A stretch of DNA of 64,000 bases from Vicugna vicugna (taxonomy: Eukaryota). Both the position numbers and the translations under genes were made by a program. The notes under the pieces were generated by a model that was not told the DNA's origin, made no database searches, and saw only the letters and a program-made list of their open reading frames with translations. Location: the NCBI GenBank assembly GCA_013265495.1, contig MU058000.1, positions 1,364,001 through 1,428,000 of the forward strand, read 5' to 3'. Positions 1 through 11,247 of the stretch are shown one piece after another (position 1 is the first letter of the stretch; each line of letters starts with the position of its first letter).

Positions 1-85
1 AAAGAACTTTTCTAAGGTTACAGTTGTAACAAAAGGCGGATTCAGGTTTCAAACCCAGATCTGTACTGTTTCGAAATCCATGCTT
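1..85 (-). mobile_element. MIR SINE fragment
   Basis: 'aaggttacag...ggattcaggtttcaaacccagatctg' resembles the antisense MIR core/5' part. Confidence 0.55.
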
Positions 86-1704
86 AGGCTTATACTAAGA
101 CTGTGAGTTACCACCCTTCAGTTTAGGTGGGAAAGCCATGAGCTCACATGAATTATCTCTTTTATCAATTTCATCAACTTGTGTTCACTTACTTAACAAC
201 CATTTATTGAGAGACTAATGTTTGCAGGTTATTGGAGACTGATATAAGACACAATGTTCTCTCTCTTCAATATATAAATATTTTTTTGTAAAAGCTGAAA
301 TTTGGTGTGAAATATCACCATGATCCTTTTTAACCTCACTTACTCAGCTGTGTTTTATTTTACTTGTTGATCCAAGCCAAGCTGATATCCCTTCTCACTT
401 GGTAATAAGCCCTTATCTCAAAGCACGAAGGTCCCTGCTCCTGTTCACTCAGGTCAACATTTCCTATTGGCTACTCAGTTTCTCTGCATCCATTTTTGTC
501 CCTGGCTTGCTCTCTTCTGACTCCTCTCATTTTAGTTTTTTGGCCCTGATGTTCTTTGGACTGATGCTCAAAAATACTTGTACTCTCAGATAAGAAAACA
601 CTATAATCATGATGTTTTTACCTATCTTTTTTCCCCCTCTCATTCACAGATGTGTAACAAGAATAACAAAGCAATGAATGTTTTATACCTGGTCTTTAAG
701 TTCACATGAAATCTTTTTATATTTCAGAGGGATTTCTGGATTCAGTATCTTCCTACTTCAACAGCAAAAACTCAGTTTTGGGAGGTACTACATCTTCATC
801 TGTCACGATAGTTATATTGTCCTGCTACAGTGTGTAGCTATACTTCTCCCACAATAATTGTGTACTCATTATAGTCAAGAACACTGTCTAATTTATCACG
901 GCCATCACCTCATCGAGGTTTAGCTCAAGGTCAAAGAGCGGACACTCAATAAAGATGATTGGTCCAAATCCTTTCCTTAACTAATAGATGTATGAACCTT
1001 TGTATTGGAGACATATGGATGAATTAAATCAGACAAGGTTCCCATCGTTACTGGATTTATGACCTTGAAGTTATTCCAGAAAGGGTAGACAGGAGAAAGG
1101 GAAAAATAAGGAAAGAGAATCTAACATGAGTAACTGTAACTACAGTGTGTGAAGTGATGTTAGGTATCTTACGTTTGCTGTCCCATTTAATCTTTCAGGT
1201 ATAGCTCATCACAAAGAATGTAAATTAAACTTTCATAAACATTTGTGTTGTCTCTTAATATGAAAATAAACCTAAATGATCAGCCTTTCTGGAGCATGGT
1301 CATTGGTAGTTGTTACTTCTGGGAGTTCTTTTCCTTGAGCAAAGGCAGGAGCTGAATTTGCTGTTACTGTCTGTCACACTTAGGAGTTCACCACTGCCTG
1401 TAATAAGCATGCCACTTCTTCCTCTACTAGTCTTCTCATCTGTTGGGCATTTTCTGGTAATAACTACTACTCTGTTGTATTTAGTTAAAAAAACCCCTCA
1501 TAACCAAGGATCTATAAAACTGCTTCCCCCTTTCATATCACAGTGTGCAGGCTAGATGGGAAAAATAAATAGACCTATCATAGCTATCAAGAGGAGAGTT
1601 TAGTCCTTGTTGCTCAGGCCACTTTCTTGAACTGAAAGTTTTTTTCTATTATCTATATTCTCTGCAAATTTTATATGTTAGAGCGAAGCGTTGGTGGAGA
1701 TTGA

Positions 1705-1797
1705 CTTGGAGTAGGAACACCTGCAGGAAGCTATATGTAAACATTCATTTGACCTAAGGGATTGAAATAGCTTTTTAACATTTACTTGGAATCAAGG
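1705..1797 (+). repeat. 93-bp donor segment duplicated at 2988-3080
   Basis: Ungapped alignment by eye, 87/93 identical. Confidence 0.95.
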
Positions 1798-2251
1798 CTT
1801 TATCTCTAGACTAGAAGTGTAGTTGGAAACTATGCCACTAAAAAGGCAGTTTCCCTAGGAAATGAGACAGAACTTATTTAAGGAAAGGAACAATTGTGTC
1901 GAGTTAACCCAACTGGCAGTAGTGTGATTAAATCTGGGGGTGGGAGCCCCAAACCAGGCCTGGTGGAAGGTGTAAGACCACACCGTAGGAAAGTTCTCAC
2001 AGCAATTAGAGAGACACAATGTCCAGGGTCTGTTTATAGATAAAAAAAGAGATTAACATGGAATCTCAGGACTTTGATCACAGAATCTTAAGGAGCCAGA
2101 TATTGATTGGTTTTACAAGCAATATCAAGAGCCCAAACTGTGCTTAAGTTGAGTTGTTGGGAAGAGATAAAAAGTTACCTGTTTTATTCAAAAGGGAAGA
2201 TCAAAGACTGTATGTTTAAGAAGATGCATTAAAATATAAAATCATTAATAT

Positions 2252-2337
2252 TGGTCAAAGGGTCCAAACTTCCAGTTTTAAGATGAACAAGTTTTGGGAA
2301 CTTGATGTATACCTTGGTGATTATAGCTGATAATACT
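2252..2337 (+). mobile_element. L1 3'UTR fragment (L1MA9-like), left part
   Basis: 'tggtcaaagggtccaaacttccagttttaagatgaacaag...ggtgattatagctgataatact' matches the L1MA-type 3'UTR; continues at 3410. Confidence 0.8.
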
Positions 2338-3409
2338 TATTACAGGAGCTATGCCAAACTAAAAAGCTTCTGCACAGCCAAGGAGAAGCTATCAACAAAA
2401 TGAAAAGGCAAACGACCACATTTCAAATTATATATCTGTACAGGGCATATCCAAAATATATAAACAACTCATACAGTTCAATAACAAAAAGCCAAACAGT
2501 CTGATTAAAAAAGTGGACAGAAGTTTGGAATAGAGGTTTTTCCAAAGAAGACACGAATGTGGCCAACAGGTATATGAGAAAATGTTCAACATCGCTAATC
2601 GTCAAGGAAATGCGAATCAAAACCACAGTGAAATATCACCATCTTCTTGTTAGAATGGCTGTTATCAAAAGACAAGGAATAAGTGTTGGCAAGAATGTGG
2701 AAAAAAAGGAATGCTTGTACATTTTTGGTAGGAATGTATATTGGTGCAACCACTATGACAAACTGTATGAAGCTTCCTCAAAAAATTAAAAATAGAACTG
2801 TCATATGATCCAGCAATCTCACTTCTAGGTATTTATTTGAAGAAAGCAAAAACACGAATGCAAAAAGATATATGCATGCCCCATGTTTGTTGCAGCATTA
2901 TTTACAATATCCAAGATACAGAAACAACCTAAGTGTCCACTGATGGATGAATGGGTAAAGAAGATGCTATATATATATATATGGCATCTTGGAGGAGGAA
3001 CACCTGCAGAAGGCTATATGTAAACATTCATTTGATCTAATGGATTGAAATAGCTTTTTAACATTTACCTGGAATCAAGGTATATACACACACACACACA
3101 CACACACAATGGAATATTATTCAGCCACAAGAAGAATGAAATCTTGCCATTTGTGACAACATGTATGGACTCAAGGGCATTATGCTAAATGAAATAAATA
3201 AGAAAGAAAAGGACAAATACCATATGATCTCCCTCACATGTGGAATCAAAAAAAGAAAGAAAAAAAAAAAGAGAGAAACCAAACAGCCCCACCACACAAA
3301 AAAACAAGCTCATAGATAACAGAGAACAAATTGATAGTTGCTAGAGGTGGAAGTTGTGGGGTGGGTGAGAGAAATAGGTGAACTGTTTTTTTTTTAATAA
3401 GTTGAAAAA
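2338..3409 (+). mobile_element. 5'-truncated L1 (ORF2 C-terminus plus 3'UTR)
   Basis: ORF 2559-2789 (MANRYMRKCSTSLIVKEMRIKTTVKYH...) is L1 ORF2 C-terminal; typical 'ccagcaatctcacttctaggtat' and 'atggaatattattcagcc' motifs; short A tail. Confidence 0.92.
2988..3080 (+). repeat. Copy of 1705-1797 inserted in the (TA)n/(CA)n tract of the L1
   Basis: Non-L1 sequence between (TA)n at 2968-2982 and tatata(ca)n at 3081-3108. Confidence 0.95.
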
Positions 3410-3620
3410 AATACTGTGTTATGTACTTGAATGCTGCTAATAGAGTAGATCTTAAATGTTCTCACCACAAAGAAGAAATAATTATGTGACATGATGGAGG
3501 TGTTAGCTAATGCTGTGGTGATCTTGCAAGATACAAATGCTTCAAATCAATAGATTGTACCCCTTAAACTTACACGATGTTATATGCTAATCATATTTCA
3601 GTAAAGCTGGAAAAAATAAA
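3410..3620 (+). mobile_element. L1 3'UTR terminal fragment (L1MA9-like), right part
   Basis: 'aatactgtgttatgtacttgaa...gtagatcttaaatgttctcaccac...cagtaaagctggaaaaaataaa'. Confidence 0.85.
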
Positions 3621-4364
3621 TTGCAAGAGTAAGAAATGAAGAAAGAGCAATAATTTTAAAGTCAGCTCTGCCTTCTCACTGGTTAATATTAGCATCAGGT
3701 CTGAAATAGCAGATTTAGTATAATTGAATGTAAGTCCCAATTTTGTGAGTTTCAAACCTATGAGATTCCAGTAGCTTTAAAAATACAAAATGTGCACTTA
3801 AGAATTTTTACAACTCTAAGTTTTGAATGCTTTTGTGTATGCTTTAACTTGTAAAAAATAATTTTGATTGCCTTCAAGTTTTAATGATTTTTTCCAATGT
3901 AAGCCAATGAATCACTTTCAAGGGTCTCCAAAGAGTAAAAGATTTTTCACAAACAAGTTTTAGTTTTTCTTAATGAAAGCAAATGTTTTCTAAATGCCAC
4001 CTTTGATAGATTCAGAAGGTTAAGAATACAAGTGCCAAAATAGTGAGTTACCAGTGATGTAAAGCAGTTAACTTGGAGAGGAAAATTTCAGAGAAACAGA
4101 GTAAGAATCAAATAGCTATCAATTAACAGCACATAAAAAGACTTGGGATGTTTTGGTCACAGGAGGCCAAAGCAGGAGCAGATATCAGTAGTATACATAA
4201 TTTAATTTCATGTAATTTTGTGTTGTCAATAAGAACAGGACCCTAAAATTTCAAAATGATGTCAAGCGAGCACTTAGACTTATAGTATTATTTATACTGG
4301 TCTTTGTTATGCACGTTTTTGGCTTTGGAGCAGTGGATGTAATTTGAAAAGAACTGGAAGAGGC

Positions 4365-4418
4365 AATCATTTTTCATACTTTTTAGTCACAGACCCATTT
4401 AAAAACCTGATGAAACTG
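4365..4418. mobile_element. Truncated hAT-Charlie-type MITE fragment
   Basis: 'tttttagtcacagacccatttaaaaacctgatgaaa' resembles a Charlie-family MITE; a related copy lies at about 14450. Confidence 0.4.
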
Positions 4419-4419
4419 A

Positions 4420-7400
4420 TAGTATTGTTTTTATGTATTGTTGAATTAGGTTTGCTAATGTTTTGTTAAGAATTTTTTCGTCTGTATTCATCAAATATTT
4501 TAGCCTGTAATTTCCTTTTTTTTAGTAGTGTCTTTGTCTGTTTTGGTGTCAGGGTAATGGTGGCCTCGTAGAATGAATTTGGGAATGTTCTGTCCTCTTC
4601 AATTCTTTGGAATAGATTTAGAAGGATGGGTACACATTCTTTATATGCTTTGTAGAATTCCCCTGTGAAGCCATCCTGTCCTGGACTTTCATTTGCTGGG
4701 AGTTTTTTTTTTGTTTGTTTGTTTGTTTAATAAATTACAACTTTAATTTCACAATTAGTGGTTAGTTTGTTCACACTGTCTATTTGTTCCTGATTCAGTC
4801 GTGGAAGATTGTATTTCTAGAAATTCGTCCATTTCTTCTAGGTTGTCCAATCTTGATACATAACTGTTTATAGTATTTTCTTATGATTTTTTTGGATCAC
4901 TGTGGTATTGGTTATTATTTCTCCTCTTTCATTTATTTTATTATTTTGGATCTTCTCTCTTTTCTTCTTGATGAGTTTATCTAAAGGTTTATCAATTTTG
5001 TTTACCTTTTCAAAAAATCAGCTCTTGGTTTCACTGATCTTTTCTATTATTTTTTGGTTTCTATTTTATTTATTTCCTCTCTGATCCTTATTATTTCCTT
5101 CCTTCTGCTGACTTTGAGCTTTATTTGTTCTTTTAAAAATTCCTTTAGGTCGGTAGGTTAGGATGTTTATTTCAGATTTCTCTTGTTTCTTGAGGTAAGC
5201 CTGTATCACTGTAAACTTCACTCTTAGAACTGCTTTTGCTGCATCCATAGATTTTGGAAAGTTTATTTTCCAGTTTCAGTTGTCTCAAGGAATTTTTTTT
5301 TCCCATTTTGATTTCTTCATTAACCCATTGTTTTATTTGTTTGTTTGTTTTTTAGTAGCATGTTATTTAGTCTCCATGTGTTTGTGTTTGTATTTCTTCC
5401 ATTTTTCTTTCTGTAATTGATTTCTAGTTTCAAACTGCTGTGATTGGCAAAATGCTTGATCTAATTTCTGTCCTCCTAAATTTGTTGAGATCTGTTTTGT
5501 GGCCTAGCATATGATTTATCCTGGAGAATGTTCCATGGGCACTTGAAAAGAATTTGTATTCTGCTTTTTTCAGACGAAATGTCCTGTAGATGTCTATTAA
5601 GTCCAGTTGTTCAATTAGGATCACTGTTGTTTTATTAATTTTCTGTCTGAGTGATCTGTCCATTGACATCAGTGGGATGTTAAAGTCCCCTACTATTATT
5701 GTGTTATTGTCAATTTCTCCCTTTATGTCTGTTAATAATTGCTTTATATATTTAGGTGCTCCTGTATTAGGTTCATATATAAAGAGTGTACGTAGTACCC
5801 TTTTCTTGCTTGATCCCTTTATCATTTTGTAATGCCCTTCTTTGTCTTGTATTATAGAATTTGTTTTATAGTTTATTTTGTCTGATTTGAGTATTGCTAT
5901 TCCTGCTTTTTGTTGTTTCTGTTTGCATGAAATACCTTTTTCCATTCTCTCACTTTCTCTCTGTGGGTGTCTTCAGCTCCTAAGTGAGTGACTTGTAAGC
6001 AGCATATAGATGTGTCTTTTTCTTTTTCTTTTTTTAAATCCAAATAGCTACTGTACGTCTTTTGATTGGAGCATTTAGTCCATTAACATTTAAAGTAACT
6101 ATCGATAGGTATGTACTTTTATTACTTGTTTTCTGGTTGCTTTTGTAGCTCTTTTCTGTTCATTTCTTTTTGTTTCTTCCCTTATAGTTTAGTGGTATGC
6201 TTATGTTCCACTCTTTCTTTCTAGTTTTTGTGTATTTATTGTAGCTTTTTGATTTGTGTTTACCATGGGGTTCATATATGTTGACCTATGTCTACTTGTT
6301 TTAAACTGGTAATCATTTAAATTCAAACACATTCTTAAAAAAATCTACATTTTTTACTCCTTTCCCCCAATATTCTGTGTTTCTGATGTCATATTTTACA
6401 TCTTCATGTTTATCCCTTCACTGTTTGTTACATTTGTAGTTGATTTTATAATTTTTTTGTCTGTTAATCTTCACACTAGCTTATTTACTTGGTTGATCCT
6501 CAGCCTTTACTATATATTTGCCTTTTCCAATGGGGTTTTTTCCTTTCCTATAGATTCTTATTTCTTGTTTCAGCCTTTTATTTATCACGTAGAGAAAAGT
6601 CTTTAATGTTTCTTTTAGGGTAGGTTTAGTATTGATGAACTCTTAGTTTTTCCTTGTCAGAGAAGTTCTTTATCTATCCTTCAATTCTAAATGATAATCT
6701 TGCTGAGTGGAGTATTCTAGTTTGCATATTTTTCCCTTTCAGCTATTTGAATACATAATGCCACTCCCTGCTGATTTGAAAAGTTTCTGCAGAAAAATCA
6801 GCTGATAGTCTTATGAGGATTCCCTTGTATATGACTCCGTTTTTCTCTTGCTGCCTTTAGAATTCTCTCTTTATCTTTAAATTTTGCCATTTCAATTATG
6901 ATATGACTTGGTATGGATTTTGGGGGGTTTGTCTTGTTTGAGATCTTCTGTGTTTTTCCTTACTTAGGTATCTATGTCTTTTTTCAGACTTAGGACTATT
7001 TCAGTCATAATTTCATAAATACATTTTTGACCATTTTATCTTTCTCGTCTCTTTTGGGGACCCCTGTGATGTGAATGATGGTATGCTTGATGTTATCTGA
7101 GAGATCTCTTAAACTGTTCTCATTTCTTAAATTTGATTTTCTTATTGCTGTTCTCTGGATGATTTTCAGTATTCTATTTTCCAGATCATTTATGTGTTCT
7201 CCTGTATCACTGATTCTGCTATTAATTTTTCTAGTGTGTTTTTCATTTCATTGTATTTGTCAGTTCTGTTTCTTTTCTTTAAGATTTTCTATTTCCTTCT
7301 TAAAATTTTCACTTTACTAATCTATTCTTTCTACTAATTTGTTTAGCATTGGCATTGTTAATGCTTTGAATTCTTTATCTGGTAAATTGTTTATTTCTAT

Positions 7401-8808
7401 TACGTTTTAATTTTTTCCAGTGGTTTTCTCTTGCTCTTTTAATTGAGACCAGTTCTTGTCTTATTATTTTACTTAACTTTATCTGCCTCTATATATTTAG
7501 GTGAAACAATGACTTATTTTGATCTTAAAGTGGTACCCTTATGTGGGAGTGTCCCTTTACAGTCTGCATGTGCCTAGTCCCTTTGGTGGCAGAGCTGGAT
7601 TTGATGTGAACACAAGTCACTTCTTTACCGAGGTTGCGCTGGCAGCTACCACCTTGGTCAAACGTGGGGCTGGAGATGGAGGGGCTAGGGCTGGTGCCAG
7701 GTGTAAGTCAGTTTCCCCTCTGCTCAGTCACTTCTTTACTCAAATGTGGGATAGGAGCCTCAGTTGCTGTAGCAGAAGCCCAGAGGGTTGGGTCTGGGCT
7801 GGCCTGTTCTTTTTAAGTGTTTTCTCCCTTCTCCTGGTGTCATCACCCTTGTCCTAGAAGGGAGCAGTGCTGGAGTAAGGGGGTTCGTGCAGGCTCTCTG
7901 CTTGTGATGGGCATGAGCTGCAACAGACTGGCCCCAGACAGAGGTCTGGGCTGCTTCTGATGAGCTGCCTGTGTAAGCATCAGTAATGGCGGCCCCTACC
8001 CTGCTTAGCCTCAGCTTTTGGTCAGAGTGTCCTTTGTCCCTCACAGCTATCCTTCCCCTCAGCCTCTGCCACCCCCACGCTGATGTGGAGCCAAGCTGCA
8101 GGGCAGAAGGAGCCCTCAGCACGTATCGAGGGCTGTAGTGGTCTGGTCACTGCCGGAGACAGGGACCATTTCTAATGTGCTGTCTCTGTAAGTGCCAGCT
8201 CTGGGTGTCCTCAGCCCACTCACACCCCACTTTGGGATCTGGGCCACCTCTGGGTTTCATGGCCAAGCTCTTTCCTTGCTGTGGCAGCCCTCACTCTAAT
8301 GTGGAGCTGTGATGTGCTATCAGCAGGGCTGGGATGTTCACTTGGCTCAACCTGGGGCATGTGCTGGGGCAGGAGTGGGAAACTGCGAAGCCACTCAAAC
8401 AGTTTTCAGTCTGCCCTCTCTGTCCTCCTTTGGGAACAAGCCAGTCCTCTCAAGTGTAGTCCAGGCTTCCCACAGCGCTCCTATTAGTCCCACTGTCCCT
8501 CCAGGCAGCCAAGGGGGCTTATCCTCCTTATGTCAGACCCTAGGATTGGGGCACCCAGTGTGTGGCTCAACCTGCTCACTCCCCGGGGTGAATCTCCACC
8601 TGTGTAATCTCCCTTTCCTCAGTCCTCTCCCAGGGACACAGGTCCTGACCTGATTGCTTCTCTTCCCTTCCTATCTGATTCTGTTTGGATCTTTCTTATA
8701 ACATGGATTGTACAGGACTCACTCTGCCAGTTCCCAGTTAGTTTTCAGTGAGAATTGTTCCTCATGTAGACATATTTTTGATGTGTCCTCCTATTTGCCA
8801 CCTTAATT
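4420..8808 (-). mobile_element. L1 5' half: 5'UTR, decayed ORF1, ORF2 endonuclease and linker; 3' half absent
   Basis: GC-rich 5'UTR about 7500-8808 ending in 'gttttcagtgagaattgttcctcatgtagacatatttttgatgtgtcctcctatttgccaccttaat' (antisense L1 5' terminus with a degenerate YY1-like site); ORF2 peptides at 5430-5945 and 5066-5248. Confidence 0.93.
5430..5945 (-). pseudogene. L1 ORF2 APE-type endonuclease domain, decayed
   Basis: KAGIAIL.SDK, DKEGHY.MIKGS, IIVGDFN.PL, LIDIYRT, FFSSAHGTFSRINH; SRIDH reads SRINH and the frame breaks before the SDH motif. Confidence 0.92.
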
Positions 8809-9649
8809 GGTTTCTCTTCTTTATCTTCAGTGAGAAAATCTTAATGGATGTCACAGGGTAGCAGCTGGGCTCTAAGCCCATTATAGTGCCTGTAGCTGCA
8901 GATCAGAGAGGTGCTTTCTCATAGCCCCCACACTCATGGGCCCCAGAGTGAAACACTGGCTTAAGGAAAAGTGACAGTTTTGATCAGAGATGTTTTTATA
9001 AGATGATTATTAAATCTGTACATCTGATTTAATCTGAAGATAATGACTTAAAATGAATTAGACCCCAGGTGTTATATATCGATATTAGTTCAAATCTAAA
9101 TGTACTGAGAAATCTGTCAATGATTGATACCATTTATTGGTTTGTACCTATTCTGAGCTAGATGTGGCACTAAGCAATTTATATTAATTAATTCAATGTG
9201 AACTATTCTGATACTCAACTTCATAGTTTAGAAAACTGAGTGACTTGCCCATTTATCTAGAAACATAAATATAACTTTTAATGCTTTTTATATTTTCTTA
9301 GCATATAAATTTCTATGTTATTAGCAGCTGCAACTAATGATCTTAGGATCACATTACCTTTAAGAGAAGGAAAGATGGACTTTGGGCAGGAAGTTTAGCC
9401 TCCTCTTTATGACAAAGCCCTCTTCCCTGGTCCATGAGGGGCCATTTTTATTTATTTTCATCTTGCTTTCAGGAAGTGTACTTGAGGGAGAAGAAAGCAG
9501 AACATAAAACTGAAGTAGGAAACAAAAACTTATCCTAATATTTAAAAAGAATAAATAAACATAACTGAAGACTTAAAAACTATCTTCAACATACATTAAG
9601 GGAAATTATATGGAAAATCTTTGTATACTGATGATGAGACAGTAATAAC

Positions 9650-9830
9650 AGGATTCATTTGTAGCAGAAGGGTTTAGGTTAATTTTAAGAAATATTTTTC
9701 ATTCTTATTAATCAAAAGAATTATATATGAACTGAATGTGGATATGTTAAAAAAAAAAAGAGAAGAAAAAGGACGTATTAGTGAGACTTCCATTTCAGAA
9801 GCTTGGGTCAGAAACTTGTCATATGGTTAC
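9650..9830 (+). mobile_element. Highly decayed CR1/L3 3' fragment
   Basis: 'gcagaagggtttaggttaattttaagaaata...tagtgagacttccatttcagaag' loosely resembles the L3 3' end. Confidence 0.35.
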
Positions 9831-9856
9831 TTTAAAAAGGAACATCCATGTAGTAC

Positions 9857-10121
9857 AGAGGCTTTCAAACATCTTTTCATCATAGCATATAGTAAGAAAT
9901 ACATTTTATACCACAACACAGTGCACATGTACACTTACACATAGTTCATAATGAACACAGCTACATCACTATCTGCAGTACATTCATTCTGTTGTGCCTG
10001 TTTTGTTCTATTCTACTTGTTTTCATCCTATCCTATCCTTTACTTTCACATTCAAGAATGCTAGTCATGGTCAATTTATTTGATTTCACTGTCTATCAAT
10101 GGCTCACAATTTGAAAAATTG
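9857..10121. mobile_element. hAT-Charlie (Charlie4a/4z-like) DNA transposon relic
   Basis: Terminal motifs 'cagaggctttcaaac...agtaagaaatacattttatacc' and 'aatgctagtcatgg...ttgatttcac...tttgaaaaattg'. Confidence 0.6.
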
Positions 10122-10774
10122 AACCAATCTGTACTTCAGCCTCCAAAAGACAGTTGATTCAATTACAAGAATCATGGTACCACTGGAGGAGGGAAGAGAA
10201 GGAAAAGAATTTTGTGGCACCTTACCTATCCCGTAGTTATGAAGTAACTGTACAGTAGGGATTTCTACTTTACAGCGAGAGAAGTGATGATGAATTATTC
10301 CATAAGCAATTCCAGATGTTTAGAGAACAGTTTTTAGTGGGCGATGATGACTCACTGATACTCTATTCTTTCTGTCCCAGGCGTCATGCAGAATGCTGAG
10401 GATCACATGAAGGCAGCCTGGTCTTGCTTGTGAGAGCTGTGGAGTACTCTAACACTAGAAATCAGGAAGATGCCTTGAAGAGAATGTAGATCAGTTCAAG
10501 GCTAGGTTGTAAGATGACATGAGCCCAAGGCTCAAGGTCTCATAAGTGGTCCCCCTTTCTGACAGATGGACCCAGAGGTTGAACAAGTTAAGATGGGTCA
10601 CGGTGGTATAGTGGGATAACATAATTGGCACTGAAATAAAAATCTCTACCCTGTCAAGCTCAGTTGGTTATTTCTTCAGAGGTGGTTGAGCACGTACTGT
10701 ACACTAGAAGCTGCTAAATGCTGAGCATCCAAAGAAAAGAAAACAGTTTAACCTCAGGGATCCAAGTCGTTATT

Positions 10775-11247
10775 CTGTTTGATACTCTCCTTCCAGAATT
10801 CACCCAGTCCCTTCCATGTCTGCCCTACTTCCTCACCCAGAGGTTCACCCTGGGCTCTGAGTCATCTTGCCTTTTGCCTAATAGTTGGGCTTGGCCGAAG
10901 TGAGTCATCAGTGGAAGATTAGAAACTGCAAAGGAAGAAGTCAGGGCTTTTCTGCTCCCCCCAGATCTAGGCTGTGTCTTCTGGTGTGCATTTTTCCTCC
11001 ATAACTACAGCTCTTTTAGAACAACCCCTTCTCCATTGCCCGAGCTCTCAACACTGCAGTAGAGTTCTCTGCCCTCCTTGATATTTCATGCCTTAGGTAC
11101 TTGTGATGTTTCACTGTTAATAATCTCCGAGTCCTTCTCATCCATTTCTGGTTTCATTAACCTTCCCCACATCTTTGTAAATATATTGTTAGGTCTTTTG
11201 AGCTGTTAAAGTACTATTGTGTGTTTGCTGAGATTCTGACTCTTACA
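10775..11247 (+). mobile_element. ERVL solo LTR (LTR33-like)
   Basis: 3' end 'aaccttccccacatctttgtaaata...tttgctgagattctgactcttaca'; related in reverse orientation to the 29204 element. Confidence 0.65.

Noticed and set aside
1810..2230. Possible very old antisense LTR
   Set aside because: Only weak compositional hints (reverse TATA/CCAAT); ends and family cannot be supported.
7519..8653. Cluster of 60-120 aa ORFs in GC-rich sequence
   Set aside because: They lie in the L1 5'UTR, where GC richness lowers stop-codon frequency.
2338..8808. Plus-strand L1 3' end and minus-strand L1 5' half as one twin-primed (5'-inverted) insertion
   Set aside because: The order is wrong for twin priming and about 0.8 kb of unrelated sequence separates them.
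10284..10364. C/D-box snoRNA-like arrangement (GTGATGA ... CTGA with weak terminal stem)
   Set aside because: The internal TGATGA is too close to the D box, no family is recognisable, and the 3' part overlaps decayed L2-like sequence.
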